Source: an uncultured Candidatus Saccharibacteria bacterium (GTDB lineage: Bacteria > Patescibacteriota > Minisyncoccia > Ryanbacterales > GWA2-47-10b). From it: a stretch of 64,000 bases of DNA. Below, piece by piece: positions 21,165 to 30,410 of this stretch. The translations under genes and the position numbers were made by a program. The stretch covers positions 4,664-68,663 of the forward strand of contig CAYHJF010000001.1 of assembly GCA_964356915.1 (NCBI GenBank), in the 5' to 3' direction. Within the stretch, counting starts at the first letter, position 1, and every line of letters begins with the position of its first letter. Below the pieces are notes generated by a model, which was given only the letters and a program-made list of their open reading frames with translations, did not search any database and had not been told where the DNA came from.

Positions 21165-21530
21165 TTAACCGCCTAAATACGCGTCTGCCATTGCTTCTAC
21201 TAAAATCTGTAGATGCGGGATACTCCCGAACGGCTCAGCATGAGCATGAAGTCTGACATGAGATAAAGTCCATCCAGGATTAAGCTCTAAAAGATACCAT
21301 TCAAAAGGATTGATAGCTCCCGATATTGGATCGGGGCGCAAGATTCGTATCAAACAATCAACATCCTCGTGAGCCTCCTCTAGAGCAGCGAGCACTCCAT
21401 ATGCTCTACGAAATTTTACTCGAGTATCTTCTGAACCTTCGCCATGATGTTTTATACGACTTATGCCTCGTAGTACCAATACACCGAAAAATGCTCGAAA
21501 AAAAGTCCGCGTAAGCATTGACTCTGTCAT
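21165..21530 (-). CDS. Hypothetical protein
   Basis: 121-aa ORF with an AGAGAGG RBS that fills the gap. Confidence 0.55.
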   Translation of the reverse strand: MTESMLTRTFFRAFFGVLVLRGISRIKHHGEGSEDTRVKFRRAYGVLAALEEAHEDVDCLIRILRPDPISGAINPFEWYLLELNPGWTLSHVRLHAHAEPFGSIPHLQILVEAMADAYLGG

Positions 21531-21809
21531 ACAAAAACCTCTCTGTCCTATAGCCTAGCACTGAAAAAAAATAAAAAAAGAACAGCCCTGAGGCCATTCT
21601 TTTTTTATACTGCGGGCTTGGGCGGACGATTTTAGAACCATAAAGTGGGCGGAATACTTCAGAATTCCCGAGTTAGCATTGCGAGAAATGAGGGAGTTAG
21701 TTGGAGAGAGATAATTTTCGAACCTCCAGATATTATAGGTATGTTTGCGGGGGTTGGTAGACATTAGAACTGTTTTGACAGAGCAAAGCCCTACACAACA
21801 GAGAAAGCT

Positions 21810-22451
21810 TCAGAAATTAGGTTGATTCGCAAAGTCAAAAATAGACGGCTCAGAAATAATACGAGTATTTGGTAATAACTGCTTCACTCGTTCCATTTCT
21901 TCAGAAGCAATATCGTTTCCATAAACGTTTAGGGTTTTTAGGTTTTTCAATTTTTTTATATCATTTGGGATTTCTTTCAGATGATTATTTGCATAAAAAT
22001 GCAAGTGACAGGTATTGTCTGCATTATTTACCAAAACTCGAAAAAAACTCGTATGCGTATAAACTTCTTTATCGCATGGTCGCATTGTCACACTTATGCG
22101 ATTATACTCGAGCGGAATATCACTATAGTATTTTTTATAAATGAATTGACCGATGATTGGAGTGACAAGACTATAAAGTATAACAAGTCCATTAAGAAGA
22201 ACACCGACGATGGCAAGGCCTTTTTTAACATCCTTCTGACGATAAGCAGTAATTCCTAAAAATACCCCAACGAAAGGAGCAACGCCCGCTAATAATCCAA
22301 GCGGGGTTGCTATTAAAATAAATTTCCCCAAGTTTAAATTCTCAAAAACCGCGATGGAAGAAACAAAAAACAAAGCGAAAACAAACGGTATAAGTCCCAG
22401 AATAAATGATACGAAAGCTAGCTTAGGATGTCTCTGAATCGTATTTTCCAT
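21810..22451 (-). CDS. Membrane protein (three TM, DUF4190-like) with a C-terminal leucine-rich repeat
   Basis: TM segments then NHLKEIPNDIKKLKNLKTLNVYGN; AT-rich. Confidence 0.75.
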   Translation of the reverse strand: MENTIQRHPKLAFVSFILGLIPFVFALFFVSSIAVFENLNLGKFILIATPLGLLAGVAPFVGVFLGITAYRQKDVKKGLAIVGVLLNGLVILYSLVTPIIGQFIYKKYYSDIPLEYNRISVTMRPCDKEVYTHTSFFRVLVNNADNTCHLHFYANNHLKEIPNDIKKLKNLKTLNVYGNDIASEEMERVKQLLPNTRIISEPSIFDFANQPNF

Positions 22452-22540
22452 ACTTTATAGTAACTTAAATTTGTAAGAATTCTAGCCATTATTTCTGCTA
22501 CAAAAAATCACCTTGATAAACAAGGTGATTCTGCTCATTG

Positions 22541-22615
22541 CGGGCGCGACCGGATTCGAACCGGCGATCTTCTCCGTGACAGGGAGACGTGTTAACCAGG
22601 CTACACCACGCGCCC
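22541..22615 (-). tRNA. tRNA-Asp(GTC)
   Basis: GGGCGCG/CGCGCCC acceptor stem, loop CTGTCAC, GGTTCGAATCC; CCA not encoded. Confidence 0.95.
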
Positions 22616-22646
22616 ACTATTCTTACCTATCGAACCGAAACCATAC

Positions 22647-22760
22647 GCCGGCAGGAGGGATCGATTTCCTTCTCAGAAATTCCGGGGTTTCGCTATGCTT
22701 CGCATATAGCTCAACCCTTCGCCCCCTCACACAAGCAAAGCAGTTTGCTTGTTCTGCCTG
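22647..22760 (-). repeat. Structured mini-element downstream of tRNA-Met ending in an 18-bp duplicate of the tRNA 3' end
   Basis: gccggcaggagggatcga at 22647-22664 is identical to 22762-22779; several hairpins lie in between. Confidence 0.8.
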
Positions 22761-22832
22761 TGCCGGCAGGAGGGATCGAACCTCCGACCTAAGGCTTATG
22801 AGTCCTTCGCTCTACCACTGAGCTATGCCGGC
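22761..22832 (-). tRNA. tRNA with CAT anticodon, probably elongator tRNA-Met
   Basis: GCCGGCA/TGCCGGC acceptor stem, loop CTCATAA, GGTTCGATCCC; Ile2 identity not excluded. Confidence 0.9.
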
Positions 22833-22917
22833 ATAAAAGTAATGTTCATATAGAATACACAAAAAATATAAGGCTTGCAATAAAAAACGCCTACTTTAAA
22901 AGAAGCGGCGTCCCGAC

Positions 22918-23205
22918 TCATGTTTTATCACGCTCTACTATCACACTCTGACAAAGCTCTATACACCCCGTACAAATCTGTGCGGAACTCTTCGTATACA
23001 GTAGCTTTGTTTCTGAAGCCGAGACAAGGCAGAAACCACACTGACCGCTTGCTGAAAACAGAGGATCGATAGTAGCTGACGGTAAACCACTTACACTCCC
23101 CACGCACTGACTACATATCACCGTGCTGTATGTATGAAAAAGTCTACGACCTTCTTCCCCCGAAGCATCACAAAATGAACACTTCCAACGAGGTACGAGC
23201 GACAT
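22918..23205 (-). CDS. Protein made of two tandem ClpX-type C4 zinc fingers
   Basis: CSFC...ICSQCV and CGFC...ICTGCIELC; GGAGGA RBS before the ATG at 23205. Confidence 0.8.
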   Translation of the reverse strand: MSLVPRWKCSFCDASGEEGRRLFHTYSTVICSQCVGSVSGLPSATIDPLFSASGQCGFCLVSASETKLLYTKSSAQICTGCIELCQSVIVERDKT

Positions 23206-23302
23206 ATTTCCTCCGACGAAACCATAGCAAAGACAAGTCAATTGAGCAATATAAAATCGCATGCTACACTCCGCGCAGATTGAACCTTGAGTAGGAGGGT
23301 TC

Positions 23303-24271
23303 ATGTACATCGGCGGGATTCATTTTGGTCCAGTGTGGGGCGCGTCAGGCGTCCAAGGATTTTTTGGCGAAGGCTATAGTAACCATACACTCTGGCGTCC
23401 CTTTGGACTTAGTTTTGATGACATGACTTTTGTCGCAAAAACGACAACCCTACACGCCAACAAAGGTAACATGCCGCTCACTGAGCGCTACACACCTCAA
23501 GAATGGCACCCCAAATGCATCATCGTAAAACCCTTCGCTGGTGTCGTACTCAATGCCGTCGGCCTCTCAGGACCCGGTACCCGCGCACTGCTGGCAACAA
23601 ATCGCTGGCAAGCACGACGAGAACCATTTTTTCTTTCATTCTCAGCGATTGGTCAAACGCCTGAGGACCGCATTGCCGAAGCAATCACATTTGCTGAACT
23701 CATTACCGATGAGCGACAAAATTTCCGAGCGCCGTTTGGACTACAGGTAAATATATCCTGTCCCAATACGCCGCACTCAATACAACATGTAGCGGAAGAA
23801 ACGGAATCACTTCTCGCAGCTCTTAGCACTCGTCTCTTTGATGTACCGCTCGTGGTGAAGCTCTCCGCGATCACACCCATCGAGATCGCCCGAGACGTTG
23901 CCTCCTCTTCATTTTGCGCCGGGCTTTGCGTCTCAAATACAATCCCATTTGGCGCCTTGCCTACATATATACCATGGGAAAGACTCTTTGGCAGTCGGGC
24001 AATCTCCCCTCTCATGGCATACGTTGGACAACCGGGCGGCCTTTCAGGAGCGCCACTGCTCCCAATCGTTACCAACTGGGTCAAGCGTGCGCGTGATATT
24101 GGTATCACAAAACCAATTAACGCCGGAGGTGGCGTTCTCACCATTCGCGGCATCAGTCGTTTGCGCGATGCGGGCGCATCCTCATGTTCCATTGGTAGCA
24201 TTGCGATACTGCGCCCATGGCGCGTTGCGTCACTCATCCGATTTGCTCATGCAATTCAATGGTCAACGTAA
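23303..24271 (+). CDS. Dihydroorotate dehydrogenase-like FMN TIM-barrel enzyme
   Basis: AKTTT, NAVGLSGPG, NISCPN, VVKL, SNT, GGLSG, AGGG. Confidence 0.8.
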   Translation: MYIGGIHFGPVWGASGVQGFFGEGYSNHTLWRPFGLSFDDMTFVAKTTTLHANKGNMPLTERYTPQEWHPKCIIVKPFAGVVLNAVGLSGPGTRALLATNRWQARREPFFLSFSAIGQTPEDRIAEAITFAELITDERQNFRAPFGLQVNISCPNTPHSIQHVAEETESLLAALSTRLFDVPLVVKLSAITPIEIARDVASSSFCAGLCVSNTIPFGALPTYIPWERLFGSRAISPLMAYVGQPGGLSGAPLLPIVTNWVKRARDIGITKPINAGGGVLTIRGISRLRDAGASSCSIGSIAILRPWRVASLIRFAHAIQWST

Positions 24272-24329
24272 TATATTCTGTAACACAAATCCCGCATTAA
24301 GCGGGATTTTTTGCCCCTAAAAATCCTGA

Positions 24330-24650
24330 TTATTCTTTGGGCTTATCAAGCTTCTCAAGCCCAAGCATTTTAAAACCAAAAAAGATTACAAACGCGACAA
24401 TCATGAAATCAAGAAGGACGCTCACGAAATGTCCAAGTTTAAACGCCACGGGTCCAATCGTAAGATTTGTCGTCGCAAGCGAATCAGTCGCGCCAAGTGC
24501 GATGCCCACGATCGGATTAACAATATCATCAATAAATGCAGTAACGAGCTTTGAAACCGCGCCTCCCAAAAGAAAACCAATCGCAAGTCCTACCACTCCC
24601 TGCTTGCGGATAAAATCAATAAACCCTTTCATCGAACTTTTCATACCCAT
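24330..24650 (-). CDS. mscL: Large-conductance mechanosensitive channel
   Basis: FIDFIRKQGVVGLAIGFLLGGA, DIVNPIVG, GHFVSVLLDFMIVAF. Confidence 0.9.
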   Translation of the reverse strand: MGMKSSMKGFIDFIRKQGVVGLAIGFLLGGAVSKLVTAFIDDIVNPIVGIALGATDSLATTNLTIGPVAFKLGHFVSVLLDFMIVAFVIFFGFKMLGLEKLDKPKE

Positions 24651-24690
24651 TATCATAACAAAATTTTCATACAAAATAAAAACCGCCTCG

Positions 24691-24969
24691 TTATTTTCGA
24701 GGACGGTTGTGCTCCATGAGCTCATCGAGGGTATAGACGCCCTCACTCCATAACATTCCTTGGACAAACCCGAGCCACCGAAAAGCCTTTTCCATTCTAC
24801 CATCCTCAAGAAAGCCCTCAATTTGATCGAGCATCCAATGACCATGCGCGTATTTCAACTTTGGCGAAGCAGGTTTTTCATCTCCAACCATACGCCACTG
24901 AGGAATTTCGTTACCCGCCCATCGCCTACGATAGATCGACAGAACACGTCGCATATCCTCTACGGTCAT
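24691..24969 (-). CDS. Hypothetical protein (RWLGFVQG motif)
   Basis: GGAGGTG RBS; protein-like composition. Confidence 0.65.
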   Translation of the reverse strand: MTVEDMRRVLSIYRRRWAGNEIPQWRMVGDEKPASPKLKYAHGHWMLDQIEGFLEDGRMEKAFRWLGFVQGMLWSEGVYTLDELMEHNRPRK

Positions 24970-24999
24970 ACGCACACCTCCCAAAGGCACGGTACTACG

Positions 25000-25245
25000 T
25001 TATTTTCCTTTGATCAATATAAGTTTTTCTGTGCGCGTCATTCGTTTAATCTGAGCCTCTCGTTTTTGCGCTACCGACCGTGTACTACGAATTTCCTGGT
25101 ACACGATCTTTTTTGGCTCATGACTTCTTGTATACCGCGCACCCCTACCATCTCTATGCTCTATAAAGCGTCTCTGAACATCGGTTGCAACCCCCGTGTA
25201 CAAACTTCCATCCTTGCATTCAAGAATATATACACTCCATTTCAT
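25000..25245 (-). CDS. GIY-YIG nuclease, UPF0213/YhbQ-like
   Basis: VYILECKDGSLYTG..RRFIEH..GARYTR..REAQIK. Confidence 0.9.
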   Translation of the reverse strand: MKWSVYILECKDGSLYTGVATDVQRRFIEHRDGRGARYTRSHEPKKIVYQEIRSTRSVAQKREAQIKRMTRTEKLILIKGK

Positions 25246-25300
25246 AATATATTCAGTATAGCCATAATAAAAACTGCCCGCATATACGGGCAAGGTTATT

Positions 25301-25498
25301 TCAAGTTTTTTGTAAGCGCTGCGTATGAATCTCCAAGCGTCCATCTGAAGTATCTACGAAAAAACATCCATCCTTCGTGGAAGGTCCGACAATAGTTCCA
25401 AAGAAATCATCGACAGAAGCTATATGTTTACTACCAGTATTAATTTTGACTCGATCGCCAGGCTTATAATCGCATGGCATGACCGACTCTCCAGACAT
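25301..25498 (-). CDS. Small SH3/KOW-like hypothetical protein
   Basis: YKPGDRVKI..GTIVG..VDTSDG; GAGGAGG RBS; the longer ORF-track start is unlikely. Confidence 0.6.
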   Translation of the reverse strand: MSGESVMPCDYKPGDRVKINTGSKHIASVDDFFGTIVGPSTKDGCFFVDTSDGRLEIHTQRLQKT

Positions 25499-25585
25499 AA
25501 GTAACCTCCTCAAAAAACCTATCACTAAGCATACTAACTGTAAAGATTTGCTAAAAACATTCTGACTTGTTTTAATGTCTATAGA

Positions 25586-25765
25586 ATGCCTAGTCGTAAA
25601 AGTAATCAAACTCCAGAAGAACGCGCTGCCATCAAAGCAGTCCAAAATGCAGACTGGACTGGAGTAATGCAACGCTGGCGCGAAATGGTCGCCGAAGACA
25701 TTGAAAAACTTCGTACGGCACGACGCATATCTATGCGACATGCCCATGAACATTGGGTTGATTAA
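25586..25765 (+). CDS. Hypothetical 59-aa protein (not in the ORF track)
   Basis: Manual translation MPSRKSNQTPEERAAIKAVQNADW...; followed by a T-rich tract. Confidence 0.45.
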   Translation: MPSRKSNQTPEERAAIKAVQNADWTGVMQRWREMVAEDIEKLRTARRISMRHAHEHWVD

Positions 25766-25879
25766 TATATAAAACTGCTTATATCGACCGGTTTTTTTAT
25801 TTTTATACAAAACATTTACAGAGTAAAAACACATGGTACTCTTAAAAAAGAACTCCCCCCCCGAAAGGAACTCGCAACC

Positions 25880-26101
25880 ATGCCCCAAGACTCTATGTTT
25901 CGCCTAGGCGATGACGGGCATTTATATCTTGACGGATATTGTGAACGAAGAATTCTTGCGGGCGATATTCCTGAATACAGGAAACCTGGCTTCATACCGC
26001 CCGGTATGGGTGGACTCCCTGAAGTACGCATAACCTCCATGGTGATGGAGAGCTCAATAGTCACTGCACTGCGTAGAGCAGCAGAAAAGAACAAACCATA
26101 G
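25880..26101 (+). CDS. Hypothetical protein
   Basis: AAAGGA RBS; hairpin AAACCATAGCA/TGCTATGGTTT overlapping the stop. Confidence 0.6.
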   Translation: MPQDSMFRLGDDGHLYLDGYCERRILAGDIPEYRKPGFIPPGMGGLPEVRITSMVMESSIVTALRRAAEKNKP

Positions 26102-26162
26102 CAACGATGCTATGGTTTTTTATTATAAAAAATAAAAAAGTGAGCTATCTGCTCACTTGTAA

Positions 26163-26612
26163 TCAAGATATTTTCACTACTCTCAATTCTATCGTCATAC
26201 CAGCGACTATCCCATGAACAACCCTTCCATCCCTCAAATATCTCAACGCTTCGTCTCTCATTCTCACTGTGATTGGTTCAGTAACATTACGAGAAAGGTC
26301 ATCAATTTTTGGAGGCTCTTCCATGAAAAAAGAACCCGACCTAAATGGAAGTGAATGCGAGCGAACAAGCTCATAGAATATATCTTTCACTTGACCCAAT
26401 ACCTGATCTCCAAACTTAAATCCCAAAATAATTTCCGTATGGATACAGGCGATCTGTTTCATACCAAGAAGTACAATATACCCTCTGTCTCTGAGTTGCT
26501 GAACGATCTCTGGCCAAACGCGTAAAGCAGTTTCACTCAACTCAACATGCGCCTCTCGGTGTGACTCTTGATGCGGTAAGTCAAGATAAAAACTCTGATA
26601 AGCTCGCGACAT
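26163..26612 (-). CDS. Hypothetical protein
   Basis: AAAGGA RBS; 149-aa ORF; terminator-like hairpin after the stop. Confidence 0.6.
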   Translation of the reverse strand: MSRAYQSFYLDLPHQESHREAHVELSETALRVWPEIVQQLRDRGYIVLLGMKQIACIHTEIILGFKFGDQVLGQVKDIFYELVRSHSLPFRSGSFFMEEPPKIDDLSRNVTEPITVRMRDEALRYLRDGRVVHGIVAGMTIELRVVKIS

Positions 26613-26698
26613 TGAGAGTCCTTTCTACACAATCTATACTGCATTTTATACTGATGGTCAATATTTTCTTCGCCCATAAAATAAAAAGTGGTGTTATA

Positions 26699-26938
26699 TT
26701 ACACCACTCGAGATAACTGAGTCTTACGAAAAGAGCAACTCGCCTTCAATTTTGCCGATCCAACTAAAAGACCGATGCGCTCACTAAATATCACGCTCGC
26801 ATCACATACACCCTGTACACAGTGATTGCTCCATACACCATCTGCAAGTTCCCACTCGCCCAACGCGTGACCGCCCTCTGTAGCCTGTGTCTGTGCGTTC
26901 GATTTTAACGTTCTGATATCTACTACTCGCTTCGTCAC
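26699..26938 (-). CDS. Small His/Cys-containing hypothetical protein
   Basis: GTG start with a G-rich RBS; GH..W...HC...C pattern. Confidence 0.55.
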   Translation of the reverse strand: MTKRVVDIRTLKSNAQTQATEGGHALGEWELADGVWSNHCVQGVCDASVIFSERIGLLVGSAKLKASCSFRKTQLSRVV

Positions 26939-27109
26939 ACCACCCCCTACTTTCTACCGAACAAACTAGCATGCACAACGAAACTCGTACAGCCCTCACA
27001 AAAACTCACCGTTTTATTTTATACAATTTAAAAGCTCTCTATACTGTTCCTATCTTGTCATTTTCTAAACTATATGGTATTACCATTTTAGACCAAAGAA
27101 GGGACCGCC

Positions 27110-27508
27110 ATGCTGCCAACTCTTACCTTGACTCCAAGCTACGATCACCTAGACCCACCTATTCGCGATCTCGTTTGTGCTATCAATGGGCTTGGCATCA
27201 AAACTTACTGGTCATGTGGAGGCCATATCAGTCCCAGTGCAATTCAATCTACTGTGCCCAAGATTATTCTCGATCATGCTTCCGCTGACCACAAGAGCTT
27301 TGGGACTCTAATCGTAGCCGTAGGGATACTGAATGAAGACCACCTCCGTGAACTTGCATGGTCATTTATTCCAAATAATCATGCGGGAAATGGCTCACCC
27401 TTCTTGTCACTTGCACCGCGTCTATTCCCATATGACGAACCCTCTGAGATTCTCTCTCGGAGACAACAAGAGGCAAAGCTTCTTACCCAAATCATTCGCG
27501 ACTTATAA
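27110..27508 (+). CDS. Hypothetical protein with a TYW3-like N-terminal motif
   Basis: LDPPIRDLVCAINGLGIKTYWSCGGH. Confidence 0.65.
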   Translation: MLPTLTLTPSYDHLDPPIRDLVCAINGLGIKTYWSCGGHISPSAIQSTVPKIILDHASADHKSFGTLIVAVGILNEDHLRELAWSFIPNNHAGNGSPFLSLAPRLFPYDEPSEILSRRQQEAKLLTQIIRDL

Positions 27509-27633
27509 CTCATCTGAAAACCGTGTAACTTATCATACGGTTTTTTATTGCTTCATAAAAGACTTATTGATCACTAAGCGCGCTCTTTTCAACTCCTTGA
27601 TTCGCTAAAAGAATACAAGGATAATGATAATCA

Positions 27634-28629
27634 ATGTCGCGTATACTCTTAAAATTTCTCTTAATCGTCCTCTTCGGAGGACTGATGTTTGGACTCGGCT
27701 GGCAGCTACGTATCACTTACGGCTCCGAATTAAAAACTGCCCGTGGTAGAATTATCCGCCAAGGCATCACGCCAAGCGGTCTTGTAAATCCGCTTCTTGG
27801 TTGTGAGATTGGAGACCAAGACGATTTTCAAGAACTAAAACTCATTAAAGAAAATCTTGAGAAAAAAATACACGACCTTGAAGCTACGAACTCCGTATCT
27901 AACGCCTCTCTATACCTACGCACCCTCAATAATGGGCGATGGCTTGGAGTTAACGAAGACGCTCTTTACGCCCCTGCTAGCATGTTAAAAGTAATTATTA
28001 TGATTAGTTATTTTAAACAAGCAGAAAACAATCCCGCCTTACTCACAAAACAAGTTATCTATACATCCATAGACAATGACCCAGAAATCAATGTCGGAGA
28101 AAAAGAACGGCTCACAACCGGTAATAAATACTCAATCGATAAACTCATCGAGCACATGATCGCGTACTCAGATAATGCCGCGCTCAATGCTCTTTTAGAT
28201 TCGAGCGATCCCGCAAAACTTGAAGAGACATTTACAACGCTAAACTTGGCACTTCCAAAAAATACTGACGTACTGGATGATATCTCTGCAAAACAATACT
28301 CTGCAGTATTTAGAACGCTTTATAGCGCCTCGTATTTAAATACGGATATGTCTGAAAAAGCGCTCCGTCTTCTCAGTAAAACAACGTTTCAAATTGGTAT
28401 ACCCGCCCAACTTCCCACCGATATTTCTGTGGCTCATAAATTTGGCATCCGAAAAGTAAATCAAAGCACCGAGTTACATGACTGCGGTATTATATATTAT
28501 CCAGAACATCCCTATTTTTTGTGCATAATGACAAAAGGCGCCAATATTCAAAAACAAGCTCTGGCTATCCAAGAGCTCTCAAAACTTACATACACCGAAC
28601 TTGATACCTTCTTTAAAAACGAAAAATAA
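27634..28629 (+). CDS. Class A beta-lactamase-related serine hydrolase (membrane anchored)
   Basis: SMLK, SDN, HKFG, HDCGIIY; N-terminal TM. Confidence 0.85.
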   Translation: MSRILLKFLLIVLFGGLMFGLGWQLRITYGSELKTARGRIIRQGITPSGLVNPLLGCEIGDQDDFQELKLIKENLEKKIHDLEATNSVSNASLYLRTLNNGRWLGVNEDALYAPASMLKVIIMISYFKQAENNPALLTKQVIYTSIDNDPEINVGEKERLTTGNKYSIDKLIEHMIAYSDNAALNALLDSSDPAKLEETFTTLNLALPKNTDVLDDISAKQYSAVFRTLYSASYLNTDMSEKALRLLSKTTFQIGIPAQLPTDISVAHKFGIRKVNQSTELHDCGIIYYPEHPYFLCIMTKGANIQKQALAIQELSKLTYTELDTFFKNEK

Positions 28630-28657
28630 AAAAGCACAGAGTCTGTGCTTTGATTGA

Positions 28658-29941
28658 TTATGCTTTGACACGCCGCTGTTCTGGAAAAAATATAGCCAGA
28701 CTGATTGGATCCGAAGCCCTATCAGCTGTCACGAGACTTGACATAAACTGTAAAAAATCTGAATGATTCCCGAAATCTCGGCGCAATCGTGCGGCAAAAA
28801 CACAAAATTCTCTTGCACCCGGGGTAAGATCGGGCGTAACACCCTTCCTCCAATACTGCTCGACTTCTTGCAATGCCTGCACGACACGATCCTGGACTCC
28901 TGTCGCGTCAACGGCGCCCGCCAAATGACGTTGCGCAAGCCCATAACTCAAGCGTACTCGCTTTCGCGTACAGGCTTGATCATCATAGAGCAAACATGCA
29001 AGCAGTCTTCTTATTTTTCCAAAGTCCTGCTCTGGACGTGATGTAGTGGGGAGCTTCTTCTTCTCACCGCCTCTTAATACATTTAGATGTCCTAAGAACA
29101 AGGCAATATCGTCCTTCAGATGCACCATATGTGCTTCAAATAATCTTTGCTCATCTGGTCCGAGTTTTTCCCAGAGACGCCGCGCTTCTTCAGTCGATAA
29201 ATCCGCAAAACGACGAATCGCCGCTCCCGAATATCGCGTCCGCGCTCGAAATTGCAAAATGCGATGAAAAATACCCTCGGGAGTCTTTGGTTGACGTGAG
29301 GCAGATACTCGCGCCCCGAAATCGGAGGTAGTAATCCGCTCCATCTCAATTACCGCCCCTTCATCTCCAGCAAGCAACCGACGAGCAAGACGCAAAAGAT
29401 CTGCCGTCTCACCCTTGTGCTGCGCAAGATTGAGTCCAGCGCCAATACTTAGCGCTCCATTATCTATTGCCTCTTGCACTTCTTCAGGCAATTTTAAGAG
29501 CTTAAGATAAAGGCTAATAGTCAATTCTGACGCACCGACAAGCTGGGATGTTTCTCGAAGAGGCATTCCTTGCTCTTCGATACATCGCCGATAGCCCCTC
29601 GCCTTCTCCATCGGAGTTAAATCTGCTCGTTGAAGATTCTCTACAAACGCAAGCTTCCATCTTTCATGAGCTCCGTCATCACGTATGATACTCGGAACCG
29701 TAGGATAACTGAGAAGTCCGTGCGCACGCCATCGTCTTTCTCCCGCAACAATAAGATACGCATTCGGAATCGTTGGATGCCTAACCACAATAATAGGCTG
29801 TAAAAGACCCGCCGCTTCAATAGAATCTGCTAACTCTTGAAGCTCTATAGGATCAAAACGCCTTCTTGGCTGATCAGGATCTGGATGTATATTCTCTCGA
29901 GGAATATCGTGGACCTGTCTCTGGGAAGCCTGGAGTTCCAT
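28658..29941 (-). CDS. ParB/Spo0J-family protein with a long C-terminal extension
   Basis: QPRRRF..ELADSI..GLLQPI, AGERRWRA, ENLQRADL, HTH; GGAGG RBS. Confidence 0.9.
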   Translation of the reverse strand: MELQASQRQVHDIPRENIHPDPDQPRRRFDPIELQELADSIEAAGLLQPIIVVRHPTIPNAYLIVAGERRWRAHGLLSYPTVPSIIRDDGAHERWKLAFVENLQRADLTPMEKARGYRRCIEEQGMPLRETSQLVGASELTISLYLKLLKLPEEVQEAIDNGALSIGAGLNLAQHKGETADLLRLARRLLAGDEGAVIEMERITTSDFGARVSASRQPKTPEGIFHRILQFRARTRYSGAAIRRFADLSTEEARRLWEKLGPDEQRLFEAHMVHLKDDIALFLGHLNVLRGGEKKKLPTTSRPEQDFGKIRRLLACLLYDDQACTRKRVRLSYGLAQRHLAGAVDATGVQDRVVQALQEVEQYWRKGVTPDLTPGAREFCVFAARLRRDFGNHSDFLQFMSSLVTADRASDPISLAIFFPEQRRVKA

Positions 29942-30097
29942 CTCGCTCCTCCCTATCAAGAATCATTTCCTTATACAGGGTAACAAGTACTGGCATGGAG
30001 TCAACAAAATAAAAAATAACCTAAAATTATGACTCCTTCTTTTATATTGCAGTTATTATAAAAATTTGCTTCAATTGGCGTCGGAAGGAACGCCAAC

Positions 30098-30331
30098 ATG
30101 GGATCTGGGATCGACCCGCTACCTTCAACACATACTCAAGCTTACGAAATATTCCTCTGGAAACGCTTGGAAGCCAAATTATGTGCGTGGTTATGTTTTG
30201 CTCGACAAACAACTGACATCAATCAGATCCCTCCAGCAATTCAATTGGTTGCCTCGCTCGCAGTCCTCTATTTCGGAGGTGACCGTAGCGAAACGCTCAA
30301 GGGAGCCCTTCAAAAACTCGAAGATTTATAG
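30098..30331 (+). CDS. Hypothetical protein
   Basis: GAAGGA RBS; 77 aa; terminator-like hairpin downstream. Confidence 0.5.
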   Translation: MGSGIDPLPSTHTQAYEIFLWKRLEAKLCAWLCFARQTTDINQIPPAIQLVASLAVLYFGGDRSETLKGALQKLEDL

Positions 30332-30410
30332 TAAATAAAAACTACCCACCGCTTGTCACAAAGCGGTTTTTTATTTTAAATAAAAAGTAGTTTGTAATTA
30401 TCGTTTACTC

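Noticed and set aside
22513-22821. ORFs overlapping tRNA genes (also 31303-31585, 47740-47934, 48902-49099)
   Set aside because: Translations of tRNA sequence, not credible proteins
25000-25245. GIY-YIG protein as a homing endonuclease mobilising the tRNA elements
   Set aside because: It is the short stand-alone UPF0213 type with no DNA-binding extension and is not adjacent to the elements
27634-28629. Antibiotic-resistance beta-lactamase
   Set aside because: KFG replaces KTG, no clear omega-loop Glu is visible and it has a membrane anchor; only a family-level call is supported
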